A stretch of 51,232 bases of DNA, taken from Gemmatimonadota bacterium (lineage in GTDB: Bacteria; Gemmatimonadota; Gemmatimonadetes; Gemmatimonadales; GWC2-71-9). The stretch covers positions 1 to 51,232 of the forward strand of contig JAABRY010000011.1 of assembly GCA_011390645.1 (NCBI GenBank), written 5' to 3'. Shown one piece after another: positions 30,221 to 40,540 of this stretch (positions are counted from its first letter, which is position 1; each line of letters opens with the position of its first letter). The position numbers and the translations under genes were made by a program. The notes beneath the pieces were generated by a model. The model made no database searches. It had not been told where the DNA came from and was given only the letters and a program-made list of their open reading frames with translations.

Positions 30221-31203
30221 GCGTTCTCCTCCGCCAGCCACCGCGCCGCGTCGAGCGCATGGTAGGTGATGATGGCGTCCGCACCCGCGCGACGCATCCC
30301 GAGCAGGGTCTCGAGCACAATGCGTCGCTCGTCCAGCCATCCTGCCGCCACTGCTGCCTTCACCATCGCATACTCCCCGCTCACGTTGTAGCAGACGAGC
30401 GGCAGGTCACTGCGCTCGCGCACCTCCCGGACGACGTCCAGGTAGGCCAGCGCCGGCTTCACCATCAACATGTCGGCGCCCTCGGCCTCGTCGAGGTCCA
30501 CCTCGCGGCGCGCCTCACGCAGATTGGCCGGGTCCATCTGGTACTGGCGGCGATCACCAAAGGATGGGGTACTACCCGCCGCGTCGCGGAAAGGGCCATA
30601 GTACGCCGAGGCATACTTCACGGCATAACTCAGGATGGCTCGGTCGGCGTATCCGGCCTGATCGAGCCCTTCACGCATCGCGCCGACCATTCCGTCCATC
30701 ATCCCGCTCGGTGCCAGCACATCCGCGCCGGCCTGCGCGTGCGCCACGGCAACCTGTGCCAGGACCTGGAGTGTCCGGTCGTTGTCCACCTCGCCGTGCG
30801 CCGTCAGGATGCCGCAGTGTCCGTGATCGGTGTACTCGCAGCAGCAGACATCGGTCATGATCAACAGCTCGGGGTGGCGATCCTTGAGGTGCCGAATCGC
30901 ACGCGAGACGATGCCGTCGCGCGCAAAATTCTCGCGTCCGACCGGGTCCTTCTGCGCCGGAATGCCGAAGAGCAGCACGCTGCGCACGCCAGCGGCGACG
31001 AGCGCATCCACCTCCGCATCGAGCGAGGCGTCGACCGAGAGCTGATGCACCCCGGGCATCGAGGGAATCGGGTGACGGACGGACGCCCCGTGCGTGACAA
31101 AGAGCGGCGCGATGAACTGATGCGGCGCGAGCGTGGTCTCGCGCACGAGCGCGCGCAACACCGGACTCCGACGGAGACGGCGCGGGCGATGGAGCGGTTC
31201 CAC
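30217..31203 (-). CDS. hemB: Porphobilinogen synthase (Zn-type)
   Basis: [60 protein letters not shown]; GTG start 31203. Confidence 0.98.
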   Translation of the reverse strand: MEPLHRPRRLRRSPVLRALVRETTLAPHQFIAPLFVTHGASVRHPIPSMPGVHQLSVDASLDAEVDALVAAGVRSVLLFGIPAQKDPVGRENFARDGIVSRAIRHLKDRHPELLIMTDVCCCEYTDHGHCGILTAHGEVDNDRTLQVLAQVAVAHAQAGADVLAPSGMMDGMVGAMREGLDQAGYADRAILSYAVKYASAYYGPFRDAAGSTPSFGDRRQYQMDPANLREARREVDLDEAEGADMLMVKPALAYLDVVREVRERSDLPLVCYNVSGEYAMVKAAVAAGWLDERRIVLETLLGMRRAGADAIITYHALDAARWLAEENA

Positions 31204-31405
31204 GGCTGGCCTTCGGTGAGGGAATGGGGAATGGACGAACCCTGGATTGATCAACAATCCGCGTTCCAACGATAGGGGGGAGCCGGACCGGAGGTCAATT
31301 CGCGCTGGCGAGAGGGCCTGTGGGATCCGTGGCCGCTCGATTGGCGTATCTTGACCGGGTTGGCCGTGTCGGCGCCTGCCCAGCCACCCTGCTCCGGAGT
31401 CGTCC

Positions 31406-34252
31406 GTGCCCGCTCGTCGTATCATCGCCCTCCTGGCCGCGCTCTCGTGCTCCGCCCTCAGCGCTGTCCCCACCCTCCATGCGCAGGGGTCTGCCACGCT
31501 GCGTGGGGTTGTGCGCAGCGCGGCCGGCGATCCCCTTGAAGGCGTCGCGATGACGTTCATGCCGGGCGCGCTGCGCACCACGAGCGACGCGGAAGGAAGC
31601 TTCCGATTGACCGTGCCGGCGACCACGGCGGGGACCCTCACGCTCGAACTCGAAGGTCACGGCGGCGTGGAGCGACGCATCGCACCGCTCGGCGTTGGCG
31701 CCGAATTGCGACTGGCCATCACGCTCGGTGAGGTCGTGGCCCTCGACGCGCTCACGGTTGTCGCACGGCGGGAACGCCCGCTCTTGAACACCGAAGACGC
31801 GGTCACCGGAGGGGCGATCGAACGCGCCGAGTTGCTGGCGCTCCCGACCGACGCACGCAACCCACTCACACTCGCCTTCAACATTCCGGGTGTCGCACAG
31901 GGCACCGGCTACTTCGGCGATGCCCCACCGCTCTCCATCAATGGTGCCAACGGGATCACGACGCCGTACCTCGTGGACGGCCTCGACAACACCGAAGGGT
32001 TTCTTGGCGGTCCACGCGTCGAGTTGCCGTTGTCGGCCGTGTCGCGCCTCAGCGTCTTCGCGAACGGCTACGGGGTTGAGCAGGGTCGCTCGCCAAACGG
32101 CGTCGTGGATCTCCTCACCATTGCCGGCAGCAATCGCACGCGTGGCGAAGTCTTCGCCTATTGGCGACCGGGTCGTCCCCTGGATGCGCGGAACAAGCTG
32201 CCCGATGGGGCCGATCCGGCCGTCGTCGAGCGGCAACAGGACGGCTTCCGCCGCGTGCAGGTCGGGGGGGCGGTCGCGGGCGCCATGCGAGCAGACCGGA
32301 CCTTCTACGCCCTGGCCGCCGAGTACGGCAACGAGACCGAGGACCGCGTGGCGTCAACGGCGCTCGCGACCTTCACGGGGAGCGAGTTGCGCGAGACCGT
32401 GAAGCTCTTCGGCCGACTCGACCATGGCTGGTCGCCGAATCAGACCACCACCCTCCGCGTCGCCATCAGTGATGTCAGCCGGGCTGGCGAGGGCAGCGGC
32501 ATTGTCGTGCCTGAAGCCGACATCACCACGCGGCGCATCGGCTCGATCACCGCCCTCACACACCGCTCAGCACTCCGCGGGGGATTGGCCAGCAATGTCG
32601 TGTCGGTGCAGTACGGCACCTACCGCTGGTACTTCCCGCCAACGCGCAGCGACTTCACGCGACCGCAGGTGACCATCCTTGCTCCCGATGGCACCCCGCA
32701 AGCCGTGGTGGGCTCCAGCAACTTCATCTTCGACGAAACCGAACGACAGCTCCAATTCAGGAATGTGTTCACCGCCGCGCTCGGCACGCGCCATACGCTT
32801 CGCGCAGGACTCGACGTGATCCGGGGTGCCTTCGAGTTGACCGGTGCCTCGACCAATCCCAATGGGGCGTACACCGTCTACAACGACGGCAACATCTCGG
32901 CCGCCGGTGAGTTCCTCTCGATCACCGATATCCCCACCGACGTGCGCGTCCGCGACTACACCGTGGATGCAAACCCCCAGCAGGTGGACCTGACCCAGAC
33001 CCGGTATGGTGCCTTCCTCGAGGATCGGTGGCGCGTGCGCGACAACCTCACCGTGCAAGTCGGCCTGCGGTGGGATTACGACGACATCACCTCCCGCGGG
33101 CAATCGTCGGCCGACCTCGACAATGTCCAGCCCCGCGTCTCGTTCAACTGGTATGCGACTCCAACCACCGTCATCCGCGGCAGCGCCGGGATGTATGCCG
33201 GGACCCTCCCCTATACGGTCTGGTCTGATGCCGTCCAGTTCGGGCCGGGGGGCAATGCCGCCGTGACCTTCGCCGAGGGTACCGGCTTCCCCCCCCCAGC
33301 ATTCGGCGCGGGCCCGCGGGCGGAGGACCTCGCCGCACTGCAGGGACAGTTGCCCGCGCGCGAGGTGCGCAAGGCCTTCGCCCTCGGATTGCGTCAGCCG
33401 ATCGGCTACGGAGCCACCCTCGGCTGGCAGCGGACGCTCGGCACCCGATGGTCGGTGGCTGTCGATGCCGTGTACCATGAGACCCGTGGCTTGCCCCGCT
33501 CCTGGGACCTCAACGCCATCACCAGGCAGATCACGCCGGCCGATTCGCTGGATCGTTCGACCGCCTTCGGCGACGCCGCGCGCCCCGTCACACCAGTCGC
33601 CGGCGGGTTCCGCCGCCTCACCACCACCGAATCCGGTGGTCGGAGCCGCTTCCTCGGCCTGTACGTTGCCGCCCGACGGGCGATGAGCAGCGACTGGACG
33701 CTCGACGCGAACTGGGTCTGGTCAGGCAGCAAGACCGACGCCGAGGACATCAACTTCAACGCCACGCAGGGGAACGATTTCGACGCCGAATGGGGATGGG
33801 CCACCAACGATCGCCGACACAAGGTGACGGTGCGGTCAGTGCACCGGGTCGCGTCCGCGGTGCGGGCCGCCGTCATTGCGGACTGGCAGACGGGCCTCCC
33901 CATCAATCGTGTCGCGTTCTTTCGTGACCTCGACGGCTCGGGCCCGATCTTCGGCAACGGCTTCGTCGGCAATCATGATCGATTCGCCGGCGTGCCGCGG
34001 AATGGTGAGCGTCTCCCCGCGTTCTTCGAGCTCTCCACCTCAGTGACCTGGCTCGTGCCGATGGCGGGCGGTGCGCTGGAGCTGCGCGCGGATGCCTTCA
34101 ATCTTCTCAACGGCACCTCGTGGGGGAATTTCGCCAATGGCATCCCCGGCGGCGGCTCGCGCACGCAGGTGGGACGCCCAGGCGATGCCGTGGTGCTCAA
34201 GAATCCCGGGCGGCCCCGGCAACTGCAGTTCTCGGCGCGCCATGCGTTCTAG
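31406..34252 (+). CDS. TonB-dependent receptor with N-terminal carboxypeptidase-regulatory-like domain
   Basis: Signal peptide; LRGVVR...GDPLEG; plug motifs ELLALP..RN, YLVDGLDNT; LEDRW, GLRWDYD, PRVSFNW; terminal PRQLQFSARHAF. Confidence 0.9.
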   Translation: MPARRIIALLAALSCSALSAVPTLHAQGSATLRGVVRSAAGDPLEGVAMTFMPGALRTTSDAEGSFRLTVPATTAGTLTLELEGHGGVERRIAPLGVGAELRLAITLGEVVALDALTVVARRERPLLNTEDAVTGGAIERAELLALPTDARNPLTLAFNIPGVAQGTGYFGDAPPLSINGANGITTPYLVDGLDNTEGFLGGPRVELPLSAVSRLSVFANGYGVEQGRSPNGVVDLLTIAGSNRTRGEVFAYWRPGRPLDARNKLPDGADPAVVERQQDGFRRVQVGGAVAGAMRADRTFYALAAEYGNETEDRVASTALATFTGSELRETVKLFGRLDHGWSPNQTTTLRVAISDVSRAGEGSGIVVPEADITTRRIGSITALTHRSALRGGLASNVVSVQYGTYRWYFPPTRSDFTRPQVTILAPDGTPQAVVGSSNFIFDETERQLQFRNVFTAALGTRHTLRAGLDVIRGAFELTGASTNPNGAYTVYNDGNISAAGEFLSITDIPTDVRVRDYTVDANPQQVDLTQTRYGAFLEDRWRVRDNLTVQVGLRWDYDDITSRGQSSADLDNVQPRVSFNWYATPTTVIRGSAGMYAGTLPYTVWSDAVQFGPGGNAAVTFAEGTGFPPPAFGAGPRAEDLAALQGQLPAREVRKAFALGLRQPIGYGATLGWQRTLGTRWSVAVDAVYHETRGLPRSWDLNAITRQITPADSLDRSTAFGDAARPVTPVAGGFRRLTTTESGGRSRFLGLYVAARRAMSSDWTLDANWVWSGSKTDAEDINFNATQGNDFDAEWGWATNDRRHKVTVRSVHRVASAVRAAVIADWQTGLPINRVAFFRDLDGSGPIFGNGFVGNHDRFAGVPRNGERLPAFFELSTSVTWLVPMAGGALELRADAFNLLNGTSWGNFANGIPGGGSRTQVGRPGDAVVLKNPGRPRQLQFSARHAF

Positions 34253-35462
34253 CCTGATCGCGCTATGTGCCGTGACCGTCGCGGCCTGTGGGGGGGGGAC
34301 ACCTGCGCCGCGTGCTGCCGATGTGGCGGCCCTGCCATGGGACTCCGTAGAGGCCCTCGCGCGGGGCACGACAGTGACATGGCGCATGTGGCGCGGCGAC
34401 CCGTCGATCAATCGCTACGTCGACGACTGGATCACGCCGCGCCTTGCCGCGTGTTGCGGCGTCACCCTGCGCACGGCCGAGGGCCAGGGTCCGGACATTC
34501 TCCAGCAGCTGCGCCTCGAGACTGCCGCGGGGGCCGCCGGCACGACGGACCTCGCCTGGATCAACGGCGAGACCTTCGCGGCCCTGCAGCGCGACAGCCT
34601 TCTGGGTGGTCCCTGGGCGCATCGCCTGCCATCCGCGCAATCCCTCGACTCTGCCTCGGCGATCATCATGCGGGACTTCGAGCGTCCCACGGAGGGATTT
34701 GAGATGCCGTGGGGTCGTGTCCAGTTCGCACTGGTCTACGACTCGCTGCGCACCCCATCCCCCCCCCGGAGCGTCAGCGCACTCGCGGAGTGGATCCGCG
34801 CGCACCCGGGCCGCTTCACGCACGACCAGGGTTTCACCGGGACCACCTTCCTCAAGGTCGTGCTCTATGCCCTGAACGGCGGTGTCGGCACCTTTCAGGG
34901 TGGCTTCGATGCCGCCACGTGGGACCGCACGGCGCCGCGGCTCTTCACCTGGCTGGAGGCGCTGGTGCCCTCGTTCTGGCGGGAGGGGCGAGCCTATCCG
35001 CAAAGCGTCGCGGACCTCGACCGTCTCTTCGCCAATGGTGAGGTCGATTTCGCGATGGGCAACAATCACCTCGGCGTGGCCACCAAGGTGCGTCGTGGTA
35101 CCTACCCTGCCTCTGCGCGCGTGCTCATGCTGGACGATGGCATGATCGCCAACACGCATTACCTCGGCATCCCCAGCAACGCGACGAATCCGGCGGGTGC
35201 GATGGTCGTGGCCAACTTCCTCCTCTCGCCCGCAGCACAGTATGAGAAGCAGCGGGTCGAGGTCTGGGCCGATGGTACCGTGCTCGACATCAACAAGTTG
35301 GACACTGAATGGCAGGCACGGTTCGCTGCGCTGGCGGCGGATCCTCTGGGATTCCCGGACAGCGTGGCGGCACGACTTGCCGTACCGGAAGTTGCGGCGG
35401 AGTGGCACGACCGGGTCGTCAGTGAATGGCGCCGACGCATTCGGGGGCGGGCCGGCGAGTGA
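34242..35462 (+). CDS. ABC transporter substrate-binding lipoprotein, YnjB-like
   Basis: Lipobox VAAC; ARGTTV.W.MW.GD..IN.Y, DLAWINGETF, PWGRVQF, HPGRFT, FTGTTFLK, NTHYLGIP, VVANFLLSP. Confidence 0.88.
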   Translation: MRSSLIALCAVTVAACGGGTPAPRAADVAALPWDSVEALARGTTVTWRMWRGDPSINRYVDDWITPRLAACCGVTLRTAEGQGPDILQQLRLETAAGAAGTTDLAWINGETFAALQRDSLLGGPWAHRLPSAQSLDSASAIIMRDFERPTEGFEMPWGRVQFALVYDSLRTPSPPRSVSALAEWIRAHPGRFTHDQGFTGTTFLKVVLYALNGGVGTFQGGFDAATWDRTAPRLFTWLEALVPSFWREGRAYPQSVADLDRLFANGEVDFAMGNNHLGVATKVRRGTYPASARVLMLDDGMIANTHYLGIPSNATNPAGAMVVANFLLSPAAQYEKQRVEVWADGTVLDINKLDTEWQARFAALAADPLGFPDSVAARLAVPEVAAEWHDRVVSEWRRRIRGRAGE

Positions 35463-36283
35463 ACCGGCACACGGGCAGTTGGGTTGCGATCGGGCTGCTG
35501 GCCGTGGCCCCCCTGGTGGGGCTTGCCTGGGCGATCTGGGCCGGCGCGGGGGGTGCCGACGGCGCGTTTGCCCTCGCCACCCTCGGCGAGCGCCTCCGAC
35601 GCCCTGCGCCATGGATCTCCCTTGCCTGGTCCACGATCGCGGCGTTGGTGGCCACCGCGCTCGCCACAATGGGGGCGATCACGATTGCGCTCGCCTTTCG
35701 GGGCACGCGGGCCGCCGATCGTGCCGCACGCGCCCTCGCCACTTTGCCGCTGCCCATTCCGCCGATCGTCGTGGCCGCGGCGGCGGTGCTCGTCCTCTCC
35801 CAGAGTGGCCTGCTCGCGCGCCTCGCGGCAACGGCCGGTTGGATCAGTGTCCCCGCCGAGATGCCCGCGCTGTTGAACGTCCCACACGGCACGGGCTTGA
35901 TCCTCGCCCTCGCGTGGAAGGAACTCGGATTTCTCTCGTTGCTCGCCTGCACCGTCGTCGCAGGGCTTGATCCCGAGCTCGAAGCCACTGCCCGCACGCT
36001 GGGCGCCAGCGCGCGCACGGCGCGCCGCAGGGTGCTCGTCCCGATGATCTGGCGCGGCATCTTCCCCGGGGTTGTCGCCGCGTTCGCCTTTGTCCTCGGC
36101 AGCTACGAACTCCCTGCCCTGCTCGGCCCTACCCATCCCCAGCCGCTGGCCGTGGCCGTGCTCGAGCGCGCGCGCGATGCGGATCTCGCGGCGCGCGGCG
36201 ATGCCTGGGCTGCGACCCTGCTCCTCTTCGCGGCGGCGATCGCGGCGGTCGGCTGGCACGAGTGGAGCCGGAGCCGCGCATGA
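35459..36283 (+). CDS. ABC transporter permease
   Basis: TM helices, WKE, EAA-like ELEATARTLGAS, SYELPALLGP; GTGA overlap. Confidence 0.88.
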   Translation: MNRHTGSWVAIGLLAVAPLVGLAWAIWAGAGGADGAFALATLGERLRRPAPWISLAWSTIAALVATALATMGAITIALAFRGTRAADRAARALATLPLPIPPIVVAAAAVLVLSQSGLLARLAATAGWISVPAEMPALLNVPHGTGLILALAWKELGFLSLLACTVVAGLDPELEATARTLGASARTARRRVLVPMIWRGIFPGVVAAFAFVLGSYELPALLGPTHPQPLAVAVLERARDADLAARGDAWAATLLLFAAAIAAVGWHEWSRSRA

Positions 36284-37062
36284 GCGAACGCCCACGTGTC
36301 CTCCTGTTGGCGGGGCTGACCCTGACCGCCCTGCTCCCGCTGGCCGCCCTCCTGCTCGCAGCCTTCGGAATGCGCTGGTTCTTCCCGTCCCTCCTGCCGG
36401 AGGCCTGGACCGCGGAGAGCTGGCGTGATTTGGGGGGGGGACGCCTCCTCACCGCCCTGGTGGAATCGATTGGCCTCGGCCTGGCCGTCGGCGTCGGGGC
36501 CACCGCCCTCGCGGTGCCGATCGGGCGGGCGCTGGCGCGCGCGGGGGGGGGACTAGAACGCCTCGGGGCCGCGGCCGCCTTCCTGCCCGTGGCCGTGCCA
36601 CCGATCGCCCTCGCGGCCGGCCTGCAGTTGGCGCTGCTCCGCCTCGGCCTGGGCGGCACGCGCACTGCCGTCTTCCTGGGGCATCTCGTGCCCGCGACCG
36701 GCTACCTCTCGCTCTACTTTCTGGGCGTGTTCCGTCTCCTGGATCCTGACTACGAGGCCACGGCCCGAACCCTCGGCGCGACGCCGCGACAGGTGCTGCA
36801 GCGCGTGCTCGCACCCTTGTTGGCCCGCCCGCTCCGCGAGGCGCTGGCACTTGGCTTCCTCATCTCCTGGGCGCAGGTCCCGCTGACGCTCGTGTTGGGG
36901 GGGGGACGCGTCCGCACCCTCGCCGTCGAGGTCGTGGCCTATGTCCAGGCAGGTCAGGATCGGCATGCCGCGACAGCCGGGCTGCTCCTCGTCATCCCTG
37001 CCGTGCTCGCGCTGGCCATCGCGCGCCGGTCGGCCGATCGCACCACGGTGGTGATGACATGA
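36280..37062 (+). CDS. ABC transporter permease
   Basis: WFFPSLLP, EAA-like DYEATARTLGAT; ATGA overlap. Confidence 0.88.
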   Translation: MSERPRVLLLAGLTLTALLPLAALLLAAFGMRWFFPSLLPEAWTAESWRDLGGGRLLTALVESIGLGLAVGVGATALAVPIGRALARAGGGLERLGAAAAFLPVAVPPIALAAGLQLALLRLGLGGTRTAVFLGHLVPATGYLSLYFLGVFRLLDPDYEATARTLGATPRQVLQRVLAPLLARPLREALALGFLISWAQVPLTLVLGGGRVRTLAVEVVAYVQAGQDRHAATAGLLLVIPAVLALAIARRSADRTTVVMT

Positions 37063-38069
37063 CGGTCGGGCTCGCACTCGACACCTTCCGCAGCGCGCTG
37101 CCGGGCGCCCCCGTGATCGGGCCGATCTCCATCGAGATTGCTGCGGGCGAGGTCCTCGCGATGCTGGGCCCCAGCGGGGCCGGCAAGACGACACTCCTGC
37201 GTGCGATTGCCGGCCTCATTCCCGCCACGGGAGGTGTCCACGTCGCGGGAACCGATCGTGCCACCGCCGCTCCTGAAGCCCGGGGCATCGTCTACCTGCA
37301 TCAGACCCCTCGGCTCTTCCCACATCTTGATGTCGCAGGCAACGTCGCCTTCCCCATGCACCTGCGCGGTGTCCCGGAAGCCACCGCCCGAAGCCGCGTC
37401 GCTGCCCTGCTCGACCTCGTCCAACTCGGCCCCTTGGCCACGCGTCACACGGAAGGCCTGAGCGGGGGCGAACGGCAACGTGTTGCCCTCGCCCGTGCAC
37501 TCGCGGCCGACCCGCAGGTCCTCCTCCTCGACGAACCATTCGCGGCGCTGGATCCGAGTCTTCGCGCCGAGGTCCGCGCAGCGCTCGAGGCGGTGTTGCA
37601 GTCAGCGCGACTCGCGACGATCCTCGTCACCCACGATCTCGAGGAAGCCGGCTGGCTTGCCCATCGCGCAGGGGTGCTGCTCAACGGTGCGTTGGTGCAA
37701 GTGGATTCCCCGATGCAGTTGTTCGCCACCCCAGCCAACCTCGCCGTGGCGACCTTTCTGGAGATTCCGAATCGGTGGACACGGGCTGAGGCAACCGCCC
37801 TGCTCCCCAACCTCCCACCGACCGCGACGCACGTCGTCCTGCCTGCCGCCGCCGTGCAAGCGAAGGCAGACCCGGCCGGAAGCTCCGTGGTGGAGCGCCT
37901 GCTGCCATCGCGTGAGCGGCCGCGACTGATCGTCCGGGCTGGCCAACTGGGTGTTGTCGCCGAAGCGCCCGAAGGACCGCTCAGGCCAGGTGACCGAGTC
38001 ACACTCATGCTCGATGCTCGCCGAGCATCGCTGTTTGACGGAACTGGGGGGCGCATTCCCCCTCGGTGA
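37059..38069 (+). CDS. ABC transporter ATP-binding protein
   Basis: GPSGAGKT, LSGGERQRVALARAL, LLLDEPF, VTHD. Confidence 0.95.
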   Translation: MTVGLALDTFRSALPGAPVIGPISIEIAAGEVLAMLGPSGAGKTTLLRAIAGLIPATGGVHVAGTDRATAAPEARGIVYLHQTPRLFPHLDVAGNVAFPMHLRGVPEATARSRVAALLDLVQLGPLATRHTEGLSGGERQRVALARALAADPQVLLLDEPFAALDPSLRAEVRAALEAVLQSARLATILVTHDLEEAGWLAHRAGVLLNGALVQVDSPMQLFATPANLAVATFLEIPNRWTRAEATALLPNLPPTATHVVLPAAAVQAKADPAGSSVVERLLPSRERPRLIVRAGQLGVVAEAPEGPLRPGDRVTLMLDARRASLFDGTGGRIPPR

Positions 38070-38201
38070 GCATTCACTCATCGTAACGATTTGGCTTGTG
38101 CCGGGTCCATTTGGGTCCTAGTTTTCCGTATTGCCGACCGGTGCGCCGGTTGTCCCAGTTCCCGGATCGTCGGGGGCCTCCTTTCACCCGCGCGAGGACT
38201 C

Positions 38202-39410
38202 GTGCCAGCCGAAACGTTGCAGACCCCGGTGGCGCTCTTCGACAAGTGCCGACAATTCACCCGGGCGCGGGAGATTCAGGCCGCGGGACTCTACCCCTAC
38301 TTCAAGCCGATCTCCGAGTCCGAGGACACGGTGGTCGTCATCGAGGGGCAGAAGCGGATCATGCTGGGGTCCAACAACTACCTCGGCCTGACCCACCACC
38401 CCCGAGTGCTCGAGGCAGCCACGGCCGCGCTCCATCGCTACGGCTCCGGCTGCACGGGCTCGCGTTTCCTGAACGGTTCGCTGGACCTGCACGAACAGCT
38501 TGAAGCCGCACTGGCGACCTTTCTGGGCAAGGAATCCTGTATCGTCTTCTCGACGGGCTACGGCGCGAACCTCGGGCTGATCTCGGGGCTCGTCGGGCGC
38601 GGAGAGACGGTCTATCTCGACAAGCTCGATCATGCGTGCATCGTGGATGGCGCCAAGCTCTCGCACGGCGAGACGGTGCGATTCAACCACGGTGACCTCG
38701 TCGGGCTCGCGCGCAAACTGGAAGCCAACACCACCGGCAAGGGCATGATGATCGCCGTGGATGGTGTGTACTCGATGGAAGGCGACATCGCCGACATCCC
38801 CGAACTGGTGCGCATCGCGAAGAAGTTCGGCGCCGCCCTCGCGGTGGACGATGCCCACGCACTGGGTGTGCTCGGCCCCAATGGAGAGGGCACCGGAGCA
38901 CACTTCGGGATGCAGTCCGAAGTGGACATCATCGCCGGCACCTTCTCGAAGTCGCTCGCGTCCGTCGGTGGTTTCGTGGCGGCAGACGAGTCGGTGATTC
39001 ACTTCCTCAAGCACCACTCGCGGCCGTTCATCTTCACCGCATCGCTGCCACCCGCCAACACGGCCGGCGTCCTGGCGGCCCTTGAAGTGCTCCAGGCCGA
39101 ACCGGAGCGGCGGGACTCGCTCTGGACCAATGCGCGGCGCCTGCAGCAGGGCTTCACCTCGTTGGGCTTTGACATCGGTCCGACGGAGACACCGATCGTG
39201 CCAGTGCTCATCGGCCCCCTCGAGACGACCTTCGTCTTCTGGCGCAAGCTCTATGATGCTGGTGTCTTCACCAATCCGGTGGTGCCGCCTGCGGTGCCAC
39301 CCTCGCAGTGCCGCTTGCGGACCAGCGTGATGGCGACGCATACCGCCGACCAGATCGACTTCGCGCTCGAAGCCTTCGGCCGAATCGGCAAGGAGCTGGG
39401 GGTCATCTGA
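38202..39410 (+). CDS. spt: Serine palmitoyltransferase-like alpha-oxoamine synthase (PLP)
   Basis: GLYPYF, MLGSNNYLGLT, GSGCTGSRFLNG, DHACIVDG, DGVYSMEGD, DDAH, GTFSKSLASVGG, FIFTASLPP; GAGGA SD before GTG 38202; operon context favours Spt over BioF/Kbl. Confidence 0.8.
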   Translation: MPAETLQTPVALFDKCRQFTRAREIQAAGLYPYFKPISESEDTVVVIEGQKRIMLGSNNYLGLTHHPRVLEAATAALHRYGSGCTGSRFLNGSLDLHEQLEAALATFLGKESCIVFSTGYGANLGLISGLVGRGETVYLDKLDHACIVDGAKLSHGETVRFNHGDLVGLARKLEANTTGKGMMIAVDGVYSMEGDIADIPELVRIAKKFGAALAVDDAHALGVLGPNGEGTGAHFGMQSEVDIIAGTFSKSLASVGGFVAADESVIHFLKHHSRPFIFTASLPPANTAGVLAALEVLQAEPERRDSLWTNARRLQQGFTSLGFDIGPTETPIVPVLIGPLETTFVFWRKLYDAGVFTNPVVPPAVPPSQCRLRTSVMATHTADQIDFALEAFGRIGKELGVI

Positions 39411-40540
39411 CCACCCCGGTCGTCCGGCGCGTCGCCTCCCCAGCCGACCTCGCCCGCTTCATCGACCTGCCGTACCGACTGCACCGGCGGGACCCGACCT
39501 GGGTCCCGCCGCTTCGCGCCGAAGTGCGCAAGCTGCTCGACCGCACCAAGAACCCTTTCTTCGAACATGGTGAGGCGGACTACTTCCTCGCTGAGCGCAA
39601 CGGAGAGATCGTCGGACGCATCGCCGCGATCTCCAATCGCCTGCACAACGAGCGACATCACGACCGCGTCGGCTTCTTCGGCTTTTTCGAGTGCATCAAC
39701 GACTTTCCCGTCGCCCGGGCGCTGCTCGATACGGCCAGTGCCTGGGTGAAGGAGCGCGGCTTCGACACGCTGCGCGGGCCGATGTCCTTCTCGGTCAACG
39801 ACGAGTGCGGCTTGCTGGTCGACGGTTTCGAGACCCCGAACACCATCATGATGCCGCACAACCCACCCTACTATCTGCCCCTCCTCGAGACGGCCGGCTT
39901 CACCAAGGCGAAGGACCTGATCTGCCTGCAGGGTGGCTCGTTGGACGGGCCGGTCCCCGCACCGGAGCGCACCGAGCGCGCGGTGAAGCTGATCCTTGAC
40001 CGCTATGGCATCACGATGCGGCCGCTCGACAAGCGACACTTCCAGGCGGAAGTGGAGCGGGTCAAGCAGCTCTACAACGCGGGGTGGGAAGACAACTGGG
40101 GCTTCGTCCCGATGACCGACGCGGAAATCGACCATCTGGCCGAAGGCTTCAAGCCCGTCGTGATTCCGGAGTTGGTGCCGTTCGTCGAGAAAGACGGCGT
40201 GCCGATCGGCTTCGGCCTGGCGCTGCCTGACCTGAACGAGGCGCTGCGCACGAACCGCAACGGCGCCCTGTTCCCCGCAGCGCTCACGATGCTCTGGAAG
40301 CTCAAGACCCGGAAGATCACGCGGGCGCGCATCCTGTTGCTCGGCATCCTGCCCGAGTGGCGCGGCAAGGGAATCGATGCGGCGCTCTATCACTGGATCT
40401 GGACCAAGGCCGCCGAGCGCGGCATCGGTTGGGGCGAGGCCGGCTGGTTGCTCGAAGACAACGCGGCGATCATCCAGGGGCTCGCCAAGGCACGCTTCAC
40501 GCCCTACAAGACCTACCGCATCCTCGATCGCGCGACATGA
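39407..40540 (+). CDS. GNAT-fold acyltransferase, bacterial ceramide synthase-like
   Basis: FIDLPYRL..DPTWVPPL, KNPFFEH, VGRIAAI, GFFGFFECIND, LRGP, ECGLLVDGF, MMPHNPPYY, NWGFVPM, LGILPEWRGKG, WLLEDN; probable CTG start overlapping the spt stop. Confidence 0.75.
   Translation: MTTPVVRRVASPADLARFIDLPYRLHRRDPTWVPPLRAEVRKLLDRTKNPFFEHGEADYFLAERNGEIVGRIAAISNRLHNERHHDRVGFFGFFECINDFPVARALLDTASAWVKERGFDTLRGPMSFSVNDECGLLVDGFETPNTIMMPHNPPYYLPLLETAGFTKAKDLICLQGGSLDGPVPAPERTERAVKLILDRYGITMRPLDKRHFQAEVERVKQLYNAGWEDNWGFVPMTDAEIDHLAEGFKPVVIPELVPFVEKDGVPIGFGLALPDLNEALRTNRNGALFPAALTMLWKLKTRKITRARILLLGILPEWRGKGIDAALYHWIWTKAAERGIGWGEAGWLLEDNAAIIQGLAKARFTPYKTYRILDRAT

Noticed and set aside
31204-31405. Cobalamin or TPP riboswitch upstream of the TonB receptor
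   Set aside because: No B12-box or TPP core motif could be recognised by eye
38202-39410. BioF, Kbl or ALA synthase (HemA) call for the PLP enzyme
   Set aside because: The GTFSKS motif and coupling to a CerS-like GNAT gene favour Spt; no bio or tdh genes are nearby and hemL indicates the C5 route. Not formally excluded
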